In this document: positions 44,963 to 53,032 of the stretch, in pieces
Layout: the number at the start of each line of letters is the position of its first letter
How positions within the stretch are numbered: position 1 is the stretch's first letter
Source: Nitrososphaeria archaeon
GTDB lineage: Archaea; Thermoproteota; Nitrososphaeria; Nitrososphaerales; JACAEJ01
Direction: 5' to 3'
Assembly (NCBI GenBank): GCA_029775875.1
Contig: JARVKD010000002.1
Location: 3,007-67,006 of the forward strand
DNA: 64,000 nucleotides
Made by a program: the position numbers and the translations under genes
The notes under the pieces: generated by a model
Databases searched by the model: none
Told to the model about the DNA's origin: nothing
The model's input: the letters and a program-made list of their open reading frames with translations, nothing else

Positions 44963-45027
44963 GGTGCACAGCGTGCTTCGACGGGCGAACTGACCTTCTT
45001 GGGATGAGGATCCAATCGTTGTGCGCC
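44963..45027. ncRNA. Candidate small structured RNA between tRNA-His and tRNA-Ala (family unknown)
   Basis: A 65-nt GC-rich island closed by an 8-bp helix (GGTGCACA / TGTGCGCC, one G.U). Internal CTGA and GGATGAGG are K-turn-like. A TATA-like ctatatat lies at 44943-44950. Confidence 0.3.
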
Positions 45028-45078
45028 AAGAAAGCCACATTTAACAAGGCTTAAATCAAATCCTATTGGATGAGATTT

Positions 45079-45165
45079 GGGCCGGTAGTCTAGTCTGGTA
45101 GTGATGCCCGCTTCGCAACTTGGCGAAAGAGCGGGAGATCGCGGGTTCGAATCCCGCCCGGTCCA
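45079..45165 (+). tRNA. tRNA-Ala(CGC) with a 12-nt intron at 37/38
   Basis: GGGCCGG/CCGGTCC acceptor with G3:U70, A73, CCCGC-TTCGCA[45118-45129]A-GCGGG, GCGGG-TTCGAAT-CCCGC. The anticodon-region UCGC can pair with intron GCGA, which is BHB-like. Confidence 0.85.
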
Positions 45166-45241
45166 TTTGAATTATTTTGAATAGTCAAAAAGACTATGGG
45201 ATCAAAAAAAAGGGTGTACGGAATTGACTTTAGTGTTGCTC

Positions 45242-46237
45242 TTATGGTTTTTCGACTTTCGGTGGTAGCATCCCCTTCAGTCTGTCTATGTACTCTGGGA
45301 ATAGCTTGCTCAAAGCGCAAGGCGCTTCTGGCAATGGCATCTTAAATTCAAAGTTGGCTACAGCTAAAGCCATTGCATCCACAGATGCGACTGCAGGAAT
45401 TACCCAAGGAGCTGCCTCTATTACACCATACATCAACCAATCTGCACCGAAGGCAATGGGTATAGCTTGACAAGTTGCTTCAACAGCCTTGTATATGTCT
45501 ACGCCCCACTTCTCTTTTACAAAGGGCTTCCAGACTGTTGTAGCGTTCGATGGTGCTCCTCCCGCTGCCAATCCCAATTGGTCTTTAACACCATAGATGG
45601 CTTTACAACTTAACCCTATGCCCGGTATAGCATTGGCAAAAGAAAGATCTACCATCATGCCCTCAATACCAGCCTCTTTTGCTACGTCTATTAGACCCTT
45701 TGTGGTTGCTGTGCCCTTAAGCACTGATATGGCTCCTGCTGGGCTCTTATCCTCAACGTTGAAGGCTAGAAGTATCGATGCCTTTATGCCAGCATCTTTT
45801 ATGGCAGCTACTTCCTTTGGATCAGGTGCTGGGGGCATTATGCTGTTGTGCACTATTCGATTGGAAAGCCCAACTTCTTTTACATGTTGAAGACCTGCGA
45901 GTCTCACATCTAGAGTCCATGCATCAAGTAGTATGGGATTCTCCGATTTATCTGCTACAAAGTCCAAGTACTTTGGGAAGGCTTCGGCAGATATTCCTAC
46001 AACATCATACATGGATGATAGTCCACAGTTTTCACATAGACTATCTTGCTTGTTTATCAAAGCCTCTGCTGCCTTCTCATCGAAGATTCCTTCCACTGGG
46101 TCTTCTACTATTTTGTGCCTCTCATAGAAGATAGTTCCTATCATAACCTTTGGGTTCTCTCCAGGCTGTCCTCCAACTTTCATCTTTCCTATTCGAAAAA
46201 CTTTTTGTGGCGCATTGAACTTGAACATCCCTTCCAC
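45242..46237 (-). CDS. MtrH-family methyltransferase (pterin-binding, tetrahydromethanopterin S-methyltransferase subunit H-like)
   Basis: 331 aa. FRIGKMKVGGQPGENPKVMIGTIFYERHKIVEDPVEGIFDEKAAEALINKQD is collinear with the MtrH N-terminus. Confidence 0.75.
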   Translation of the reverse strand: MEGMFKFNAPQKVFRIGKMKVGGQPGENPKVMIGTIFYERHKIVEDPVEGIFDEKAAEALINKQDSLCENCGLSSMYDVVGISAEAFPKYLDFVADKSENPILLDAWTLDVRLAGLQHVKEVGLSNRIVHNSIMPPAPDPKEVAAIKDAGIKASILLAFNVEDKSPAGAISVLKGTATTKGLIDVAKEAGIEGMMVDLSFANAIPGIGLSCKAIYGVKDQLGLAAGGAPSNATTVWKPFVKEKWGVDIYKAVEATCQAIPIAFGADWLMYGVIEAAPWVIPAVASVDAMALAVANFEFKMPLPEAPCALSKLFPEYIDRLKGMLPPKVEKP

Positions 46238-46347
46238 CTATCTTAGAATAGTAACTATAGTATATATGTGTAACGAATGTATATAACTACGTTAAAATCC
46301 GAGCAGAATGGAATCTTCAAAAAGAATCTGTAAGAAGGTTCTCTTTG

Positions 46348-47412
46348 TTAAGCGCTCAAGTAACTCTTTGCCCTCTCCTTTTTTCTTTCAGAGAGGCTGA
46401 TCACAGACTTTAAGCCTGGCTTGACTTGTTCTATGGGCATGAATTCTATGTAGCCTTCGTCACAAGCACCTTTGAATACTTGCTCACCCTTTTTCGATCT
46501 AACTATTACTGTGGACCAACCTTCAGGAGAGCCTACAGATCCTACGGATATGTCTGCATGCTCAGCAGTAAAGTCTGTACAGTAGTTGCAGGCGCTTCTT
46601 GCATAAGGTTTGATCTCCTCTAGAGGTATGTTTAATGCTTCTTTGCCCTCTACACGGGCTATGAACCTGCCTTTGCTTATGGAGAACTTTGTAACGCTCT
46701 TGGGCTCTACACCCTTTGATGTTAAGAAATTGATTAGATCGTCATAACCAAAGCTTTCCATGCAGAAGAGCCCTATTATTAACCTCGTCTTTATCCCAAG
46801 CCTATAGGCTGCTTTCTGAGTATATTGCATCTTTCTAGCAGCTTGAACTTCACAAGGAACTGCTACTATGCCAACTTTACTTTTTCTCTGGTTGTCTACA
46901 GCATCTTGTAATCCAATGTGAACTGGGCTCATTGTATATTTTGTACCAGCAGACTTTACCAGTTCCTTAGATGCTGAAACCACGCTGGGCCAGCCTTTCC
47001 ATACACCACCTTGAACCTCGGATACTACTGCACTATCGATGATCCCCTTGTCCATGGCGTATATCAACAAAGTTGTTGCTACTCCACCATCTTGGGCAAT
47101 TTCCAACACATCTTTGGTCTTCGACCTTGCAGCATAGACTCCTATGTTAACACCTAATAGTTCATTATCATTCCTGACTCTTTTGAAGACTTCTTTATCC
47201 ATCTGCTTGTAATCATAGAAGGTTCTTGGACAGGTGTGCCAACACGTCTCACACTTCTGGCATATACCTACGATCTTTGGCTTCTCACCCTCGAAACCTA
47301 GAACTCTATTAGGGCAACCTCCTATGCAACCACCACAGAATACACACTTGCCCTTGTTTATAATTTCTAGCATAAGCCCCTCAGATGTTTTAGGAACTGT
47401 TGACATTTTCAC
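46348..47412 (-). CDS. FrhB/FdhB/FpoF-family F420-binding iron-sulfur flavoprotein with N-terminal 2x[4Fe-4S] ferredoxin domain
   Basis: CVFCGGCIGGCP and CQKCETCWHTCP, then AQDGGVATTLLIYAMDKGIIDSAVV...GTKYTMSP, typical of the FrhB family. Confidence 0.75.
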   Translation of the reverse strand: MKMSTVPKTSEGLMLEIINKGKCVFCGGCIGGCPNRVLGFEGEKPKIVGICQKCETCWHTCPRTFYDYKQMDKEVFKRVRNDNELLGVNIGVYAARSKTKDVLEIAQDGGVATTLLIYAMDKGIIDSAVVSEVQGGVWKGWPSVVSASKELVKSAGTKYTMSPVHIGLQDAVDNQRKSKVGIVAVPCEVQAARKMQYTQKAAYRLGIKTRLIIGLFCMESFGYDDLINFLTSKGVEPKSVTKFSISKGRFIARVEGKEALNIPLEEIKPYARSACNYCTDFTAEHADISVGSVGSPEGWSTVIVRSKKGEQVFKGACDEGYIEFMPIEQVKPGLKSVISLSERKKERAKSYLSA

Positions 47413-47560
47413 ATACCCTATTAGTTATCTATTTCGAAGATAATTTAAGGATTTTGCTCAAATCCTATAACAATTGCAACTCGATAATAATGATTAAAGA
47501 GTTTCTTTAGGTGAGTTCAAACTGTCATAAGATGGAGTCTACAAATTACTTTCACAGCAA

Positions 47561-47974
47561 TCAGTCTTTTGCGTATTTGATTACGAGTTTTTCGAGATTC
47601 TTCTCTCCGACTGCGCCTATTACCACATCTACAGGTTTGCCCTTTACAAATATCATGAAAGTAGGTATGGAGAATACTTGATACTTGTTGGCTATGTCTC
47701 CATTCTCATCAACGTTCAACCTACCGAAGATCATCTTATCGCCATATTTCTTTGCTAACTTCTCAAACACAGGTAGCATATACCTGCATGGTGCGCACCA
47801 TTCCGCCCAAAAATCCACTATTACAGGTTTGCTAGAGTTTATTATTTGGTCAAAGTTATCTGATGAGAGGTTCGAAGATTCTTTTGTCTCCATTTTTGTC
47901 TCAGCCATCTGGGCTTTTTCCATGATGGATTTAGCTTTTTCTTCTAGAATTTTATTAAGTTCTGGGTCACTCAC
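47561..47974 (-). CDS. trxA: Thioredoxin
   Basis: VIVDFWAEWCAPCRYM (WCxPC) and a Trx fold pattern, with an N-terminal extension of about 35 aa. Confidence 0.85.
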   Translation of the reverse strand: MSDPELNKILEEKAKSIMEKAQMAETKMETKESSNLSSDNFDQIINSSKPVIVDFWAEWCAPCRYMLPVFEKLAKKYGDKMIFGRLNVDENGDIANKYQVFSIPTFMIFVKGKPVDVVIGAVGEKNLEKLVIKYAKD

Positions 47975-48006
47975 AGTAAAATAGATGAAAAGTTCCTATT
48001 TAAGGA

Positions 48007-48441
48007 TTATAGGTCCAAGAGGAAACGAAGAGTAACTCCTTTTTTACTTTTCTTTATCTCCATCATGTGATAAGTTACTGCTTTAACTTCAGTCTTGGGC
48101 TCATGCTTACTTATGTCTAGGTCCTCGCCTCTCCCTATGGCTTCTAACTCATAATTACCATCCTTCTTACTTATCTTTACATTGAAAGATGAATAAACCC
48201 TTCCTTCAGATGTAACTTTTATGAGCAAATCCTCTAACCAGTTGTACAAAAGGCTCTTCAAATCCCAGCCATTCACTTTTATATAATCCTCGATCTTTTC
48301 ATCAATTTTTTCTATATGGACCATTGTATCTACCAAAGCCATGCCAGCGCTCTCGAAGGCCTCTTCCAAACTCTTGCCACGAGCTTCTATAAAGGCATCT
48401 ACCATATGTTCAAGAAAATTATAGTTCTTCTCTCTAGGCAA
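48007..48441 (-). CDS. Archease
   Basis: 144 aa. YNFLEHMVDAFIEARGKSLEEAFESAGMALVD...VKAVTYHMMEI matches the archease pattern. Confidence 0.8.
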   Translation of the reverse strand: MPREKNYNFLEHMVDAFIEARGKSLEEAFESAGMALVDTMVHIEKIDEKIEDYIKVNGWDLKSLLYNWLEDLLIKVTSEGRVYSSFNVKISKKDGNYELEAIGRGEDLDISKHEPKTEVKAVTYHMMEIKKSKKGVTLRFLLDL

Positions 48442-48490
48442 TGTTCTTCAATATATTATTAATATGGGGTTGATAAGAATTTGTTTATTA

Positions 48491-49438
48491 TTAGAGCTTT
48501 AACGCTGACTTTAATCCTTTGTAGCGATTACGAATAGTGACTTCTGTTACTCCTGCTGCTTCGGCTATGTCTTTCTGAGTCTTGTTTTCTCCTTTCAACA
48601 CACATGCAACATATAGCGCTGCTGCAGCTAGACCCATAGGATCCTTACCCGCTGATGTCTTCATTTCCTCAGCCCTCTTCAGTATCTCTAAGGCTCTTCT
48701 CTTTGTCTTCTCTGAAAGTTTCGCCTTACTGGTAATCCTAGAGACACATTTCACTGGATCCACTACAGGCATCTTCAAATCCATCTCTCTAAGAAGTAGG
48801 CGATAGCATCTTGCTATGTCCTTCTTTCTAATGTTACTTACAGCGCTTAAGTCTTTAAGAGTCCTAGGGATTTCTGTGTCTCTGCACGCTGCATATAAAG
48901 CTGCGGCTATTAACGCTGATATAGATCTTCCTCTCACTAATCCTCTTTCTAATGCCTTGCGATAGATGTAGGCAGCTCTCTCTATAACAGCATCACTCAC
49001 ATTGAGTTTATCGGCAAGTCTATCTAATTCGCTAAAAGCCTGTCTTAAGTTCCTGTCCGCGGGTTCATGAACCTGACTTCTGCTATCCCAAGTGCGAAGG
49101 CGTTCTATTGTAGCCCTCATGAAGGCTGGGAGGGACTTTCCTGAAGCGTCTATATCCTTGCTACCGATGACTGTTGCTAAACCCATATCATGCATAGCAA
49201 GGGATGACGGTATTCCTGTGCGACTCCTGTCCTCCTTTTCCTCTTTAGAGAAGGCGCGCCACTCTGGACCAACCTCTTCTATCTTCTCTTTAACTACAAA
49301 GCCACAGTTACTACAGAATAGCTCACCACTTGTAGAGTCCACAATCATAGGCCCTTTTCCACACTTAGGGCATTTGTCCATTGATCTCTGTTTATAAAGA
49401 TCTGAGAGTTTTCTTTCAGAAACCAAAGTATGCACCAA
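48491..49438 (-). CDS. tfb: Transcription initiation factor IIB (TFB)
   Basis: N-terminal zinc ribbon (CPKCGKGPMIVDSTSGELFCSNCG), B-reader, and two cyclin repeats (RSISALIAAALYAACR..., GKDPMGLAAAALYVAC...). Confidence 0.95.
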   Translation of the reverse strand: MVHTLVSERKLSDLYKQRSMDKCPKCGKGPMIVDSTSGELFCSNCGFVVKEKIEEVGPEWRAFSKEEKEDRSRTGIPSSLAMHDMGLATVIGSKDIDASGKSLPAFMRATIERLRTWDSRSQVHEPADRNLRQAFSELDRLADKLNVSDAVIERAAYIYRKALERGLVRGRSISALIAAALYAACRDTEIPRTLKDLSAVSNIRKKDIARCYRLLLREMDLKMPVVDPVKCVSRITSKAKLSEKTKRRALEILKRAEEMKTSAGKDPMGLAAAALYVACVLKGENKTQKDIAEAAGVTEVTIRNRYKGLKSALKL

Positions 49439-49602
49439 AAGGTATTTATAATAGCACTACTTGAATATATAAGCTTTTCGATAATTGGCTCTTAGTTTAT
49501 TACTTGATAAACTTAAATAATCATGCTATGAATATGTAACAGAGCATTAATATGAATGCTTATATCTTCCCAGTTTTTGCATGAATGTTAAGGGTGCTCT
49601 CT

Positions 49603-49818
49603 ATGAGTCAATCGAGTGAAGAACAGTTCACACCAGCAGAAGTCTTGCAGATAGTAGGAAGGACTGGAGTAGCGGGAGAAATCACACAAGTCAGAGTGAG
49701 GATAATGGAGGGAAAAGACAAAGGTAGGATATTGACTAGAAATGTCAAGGGCCCTGTTAGATTGGGCGATATATTGATGCTTAGAGAGACAGAAAGAGAA
49801 GCTAAAAAGATAAAATAG
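49603..49818 (+). CDS. rps28e: 30S ribosomal protein eS28
   Basis: [57 protein letters not shown] is canonical S28e. Start taken at ATG 49603. Confidence 0.9.
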   Translation: MSQSSEEQFTPAEVLQIVGRTGVAGEITQVRVRIMEGKDKGRILTRNVKGPVRLGDILMLRETEREAKKIK

Positions 49819-49828
49819 GCGTTGACTC

Positions 49829-50017
49829 ATGTTTGCTCAGAAAAAGTGCAGTTTTTGTGGTAAGGATGTAGCCTTAGGTTACGGAATAATGCTTGTAAGG
49901 AACGACGGTTCAATATACTGGTACTGCTCATCAAAATGTAGAAAGAATTCGTTAAAACTGAGAAGAGACCCTCGTAAGCTTAAGTGGACTACCTTTTATA
50001 AGAAAGGGAAAGGATGA
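49829..50017 (+). CDS. rpl24e: 50S ribosomal protein eL24
   Basis: CSFCGKDVALGYGIMLVRNDGSIYWYCSSKCRKN is the L24e zinc-ribbon pattern. Confidence 0.9.
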   Translation: MFAQKKCSFCGKDVALGYGIMLVRNDGSIYWYCSSKCRKNSLKLRRDPRKLKWTTFYKKGKG

Positions 50018-50439
50018 TGAAGGATAGAACACTGATTCTTATCAAGCCAGACGCAGTAAAAAAGGGGCTTATAGGAACTATTCTCTCAAGGTTTGAAGAT
50101 AAAGGATTTAGAATTGCAAAGTTGAAGATGATGAAACTTTCTGAAGAAGATGCAAAGAGGTTTTATGATGTTCATGAGAGTAAGCCTTTCTTTAATGATT
50201 TAGTCTCTTTTATTACATCTGGTCCAATTGTAGCCGCTCTAATTGAAGGAAAAAACGTTCAAGAAACAGTAAGGAAGATGATAGGGCCCACAAACCCTAG
50301 AGACGCTCCAAAAGGCACTATACGTGGGGACTTTGCAACGAGCATAACAGAGAACGCTATACATGCTTCAGACTCCCCTGAAAGTTTCTTAAAGGAGTAT
50401 AAGGTCATCTTTGGCTCTGATCGAGATCATTTTACTTGA
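50014..50439 (+). CDS. ndk: Nucleoside diphosphate kinase
   Basis: LILIKPDAV...GPIVAALIEG...GTIRGDFA...NAIHASDS, including the catalytic His. Confidence 0.95.
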   Translation: MMKDRTLILIKPDAVKKGLIGTILSRFEDKGFRIAKLKMMKLSEEDAKRFYDVHESKPFFNDLVSFITSGPIVAALIEGKNVQETVRKMIGPTNPRDAPKGTIRGDFATSITENAIHASDSPESFLKEYKVIFGSDRDHFT

Positions 50440-50504
50440 CAGAACCTTTTTCAGCAAAACTCAAATAAACCTTATGTTACTTTACACTATCCCCAAGTGA
50501 GAGA

Positions 50505-52061
50505 ATGAGCGTTATAAGAGAGACCCAGAGCATCTGTCCTGAGTGTAATAAAGTTCTCTCAGCAAAGATATTCGAAAGGGATGGAAAGGTTTGGATCAAG
50601 AGGGAATGCCAGGATCACGGTGAAACTGAGGAGCTATATTGGGGTTCTTATGAGATGTATATGAGGGCTAGCAAATTCAACCTAGAAGGTAAAGGGATAG
50701 AGAATCCGAGCATAAAAAAAGAAGCCATAGACTGTCCTTCTGATTGTGGTCTTTGCAAGGATCATCTTACTCATACAACTTTAGCAAATATCGTTGTTAC
50801 GAATCGGTGTGATCTGTCATGCTGGTACTGCTTCTTTTATGCTGAGAGGGCAGGATATGTTTATGAGCCAAGCTTAGAACAGATAAGAGAAATGGCAAGA
50901 AATCTAAGAAATGAAAGACCAGTCCCTGGGAACGCTGTTCAACTGACAGGGGGAGAACCGTGCCTTAGAGAGGATTTGATAGAAATAATAAAGACGGTAA
51001 AGGGAGAAGGCATAGATCATGTCCAGTTGAACACCGATGGTATAAGGCTTGCAACAGACCCTACTTTAGCAAAAAGGGTTAGAGAGGCTGGCACTAATAC
51101 AGTCTACCTTAGCTTCGATGGTTTAACTCCAAAAACGAACTTTAAGAACCATTGGGAGATTCCTAGCATATTGGAAAATTGTAGAAGTGTAGGGCTTGGT
51201 ATAGTCTTGGTACCAACAGTCATAAAAAGCATCAACGACCATGAAGTAGGTGGTATAGTCGATTTTGCATCAAAGAACATAGATGTAATAAGGGGTGTAA
51301 ACTTTCAACCCGTATCTCTCACTGGTAGGCTCACAACAGCTGAACGTGACAAGTATAGGATAACCATTCCAGACGTAATTCAAAGGATAGAGGATCAGAC
51401 CAACGGTGAGATTAGCAAGGATGACTTTTATCCAGTACCTTGCACTGGTCCTATAACAAGATTTGTAGAAGCTTTGACAGGTAGAGCCCATTATGAACTC
51501 TCGGTTCACTTTGCCTGTGGGGCAGCAACTTACCTCTTCAAAGAAGGTGATAGGTTAATCCCCATAACTAGGTTTGTCGATATAGATGGATTGTTCGAAT
51601 ATCTAGATGAAAAAGCTGATGAGATCGAAAGAGGCAAGAATAGGTATTGGGTGGCTGTAAAAGTTCTATCAAGGCTTGGCAAATTCATAGATAAGGAGAA
51701 GCAACCTAAAGGATTGAATTTATCAAAGATAATAATCAACGCTCTCATAAGGCACAATTACGAGGCTTTAGGAGAGTTTCATCATAAGACACTATTCATA
51801 GGCATGATGCACTTTATGGATAAATACAATTATGATATAGAAAGGGTAAGAAGATGCGGGATTCATTATTTGGTTCCAAACGGTTTGATAATACCCTTTT
51901 GCGCCTTCAACGTCATCCCTGAATGGTATAGAGACAAGATTCAGAAGGATTTTGGTATATCTATTGAAGAATGGGAGAAGAAGACTGGGAGAAGGATAAA
52001 GGACGATTTTTACGTTAGAAAAGTAAAGCGTGAAGAATTGGCCGAGGCAAAAATGGCATAA
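50505..52061 (+). CDS. Radical SAM protein, tetraether lipid synthase (Tes/GDGT-MAS)-like
   Basis: N-terminal rubredoxin-like CPEC...CQDH, auxiliary CPSDCGLC, and radical SAM NRCDLSCWYCF. The architecture matches my recollection of MJ0619-type Tes. Convergent with a prenyl synthase gene. Confidence 0.55.
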   Translation: MSVIRETQSICPECNKVLSAKIFERDGKVWIKRECQDHGETEELYWGSYEMYMRASKFNLEGKGIENPSIKKEAIDCPSDCGLCKDHLTHTTLANIVVTNRCDLSCWYCFFYAERAGYVYEPSLEQIREMARNLRNERPVPGNAVQLTGGEPCLREDLIEIIKTVKGEGIDHVQLNTDGIRLATDPTLAKRVREAGTNTVYLSFDGLTPKTNFKNHWEIPSILENCRSVGLGIVLVPTVIKSINDHEVGGIVDFASKNIDVIRGVNFQPVSLTGRLTTAERDKYRITIPDVIQRIEDQTNGEISKDDFYPVPCTGPITRFVEALTGRAHYELSVHFACGAATYLFKEGDRLIPITRFVDIDGLFEYLDEKADEIERGKNRYWVAVKVLSRLGKFIDKEKQPKGLNLSKIIINALIRHNYEALGEFHHKTLFIGMMHFMDKYNYDIERVRRCGIHYLVPNGLIIPFCAFNVIPEWYRDKIQKDFGISIEEWEKKTGRRIKDDFYVRKVKREELAEAKMA

Positions 52062-52065
52062 ATCT

Positions 52066-52917
52066 TTAGAACCCTCTTGAAATCATGAAGTCTGCAAGGT
52101 CGATTAAATGCCTCTTTGCGTTGGTATCTTTTAAGGATTTTAATCTTTGCTTTGCTTCCATAGCATAACGCTCAGACATCTTTCTCAAATAAGATAGTTT
52201 GTCATTTTGCTCTATCTTTAAGGCATTTGCTACTTTATCCTCTTTGCCCCAATCTTGTATATCGTCTTGTATCTGATAAGCTGTGCCAAGAAGATGACCA
52301 TATTTAGATAGAGCCTCAATCTCATCTTCATTACCTCCGCCTACTATTCCGCCTATCTTTGCAGAGACCTCAAAAAGTGAAGCAGTCTTTTGAGAGATCA
52401 ATTTTAAGTATTCGTCCCAGCTTAGTTGATAAACCTTTGGATCGATCTTTAATTCACCGAATTCGCCTTCACACATGCGAAGGGCAACTGATGATAGCTC
52501 CTTTGCAATTTTCTTGTCCTCATATCTTGAAGCTATATCTAGTATTATCCCAAATACAAAGTCTGCAGTCAGGAGAGACGCGCCTAGACCATACCTGATG
52601 TGAAAAGCTGGTCTATTACGTCTCAGAATTTCATTATCTAATATATCGTCATGAATTATGGATTCTGTGTGAAGGAGCTCTATAGCCACTGCTACAGGTA
52701 AGGCATTTGTATCGCTTTTTCCTATGCTCTCTGCTGAGAGTAGAAGAATTATCGGCCTGATCCTTTTCCCGCCTTCTAAGGCGTATCGTAAAGAGCCATA
52801 GAAATTTGATTCTTTATAACGGTTTAACTCGACCTTTATAGCCTCCTCTATTTGGGAATAATAGCCCTTCATCCTTTCCATAAGAATGCTAATGGTTAAG
52901 GGTTCTTCATCCTTCAC
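52066..52917 (-). CDS. Polyprenyl (geranylgeranyl) diphosphate synthase
   Basis: Two aspartate-rich motifs, IIHDDILDNE (FARM) and IQDDIQD (SARM). Confidence 0.85.
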   Translation of the reverse strand: MKDEEPLTISILMERMKGYYSQIEEAIKVELNRYKESNFYGSLRYALEGGKRIRPIILLLSAESIGKSDTNALPVAVAIELLHTESIIHDDILDNEILRRNRPAFHIRYGLGASLLTADFVFGIILDIASRYEDKKIAKELSSVALRMCEGEFGELKIDPKVYQLSWDEYLKLISQKTASLFEVSAKIGGIVGGGNEDEIEALSKYGHLLGTAYQIQDDIQDWGKEDKVANALKIEQNDKLSYLRKMSERYAMEAKQRLKSLKDTNAKRHLIDLADFMISRGF

Positions 52918-53032
52918 AAAGAGGCAACTCCATCATGCACGATTTTATGAAATTTAGCATATTTACACTTTACGGTCTGAAGATGAGTATGAATTTTGAC
53001 GAAATTTGCTATTCATAAATTAATGCATGAAA

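Noticed and set aside
45090-45320. 76-aa minus-strand ORF
   Set aside because: It overlaps tRNA-Ala (45079-45165) and the 3' end of the MtrH-like gene. It has no SD and no recognisable motif, so I treat it as spurious.
45288-46246. Five plus-strand ORFs opposite the MtrH-like gene
   Set aside because: These are antisense shadows within a gene whose minus-strand translation is collinear with the MtrH family.
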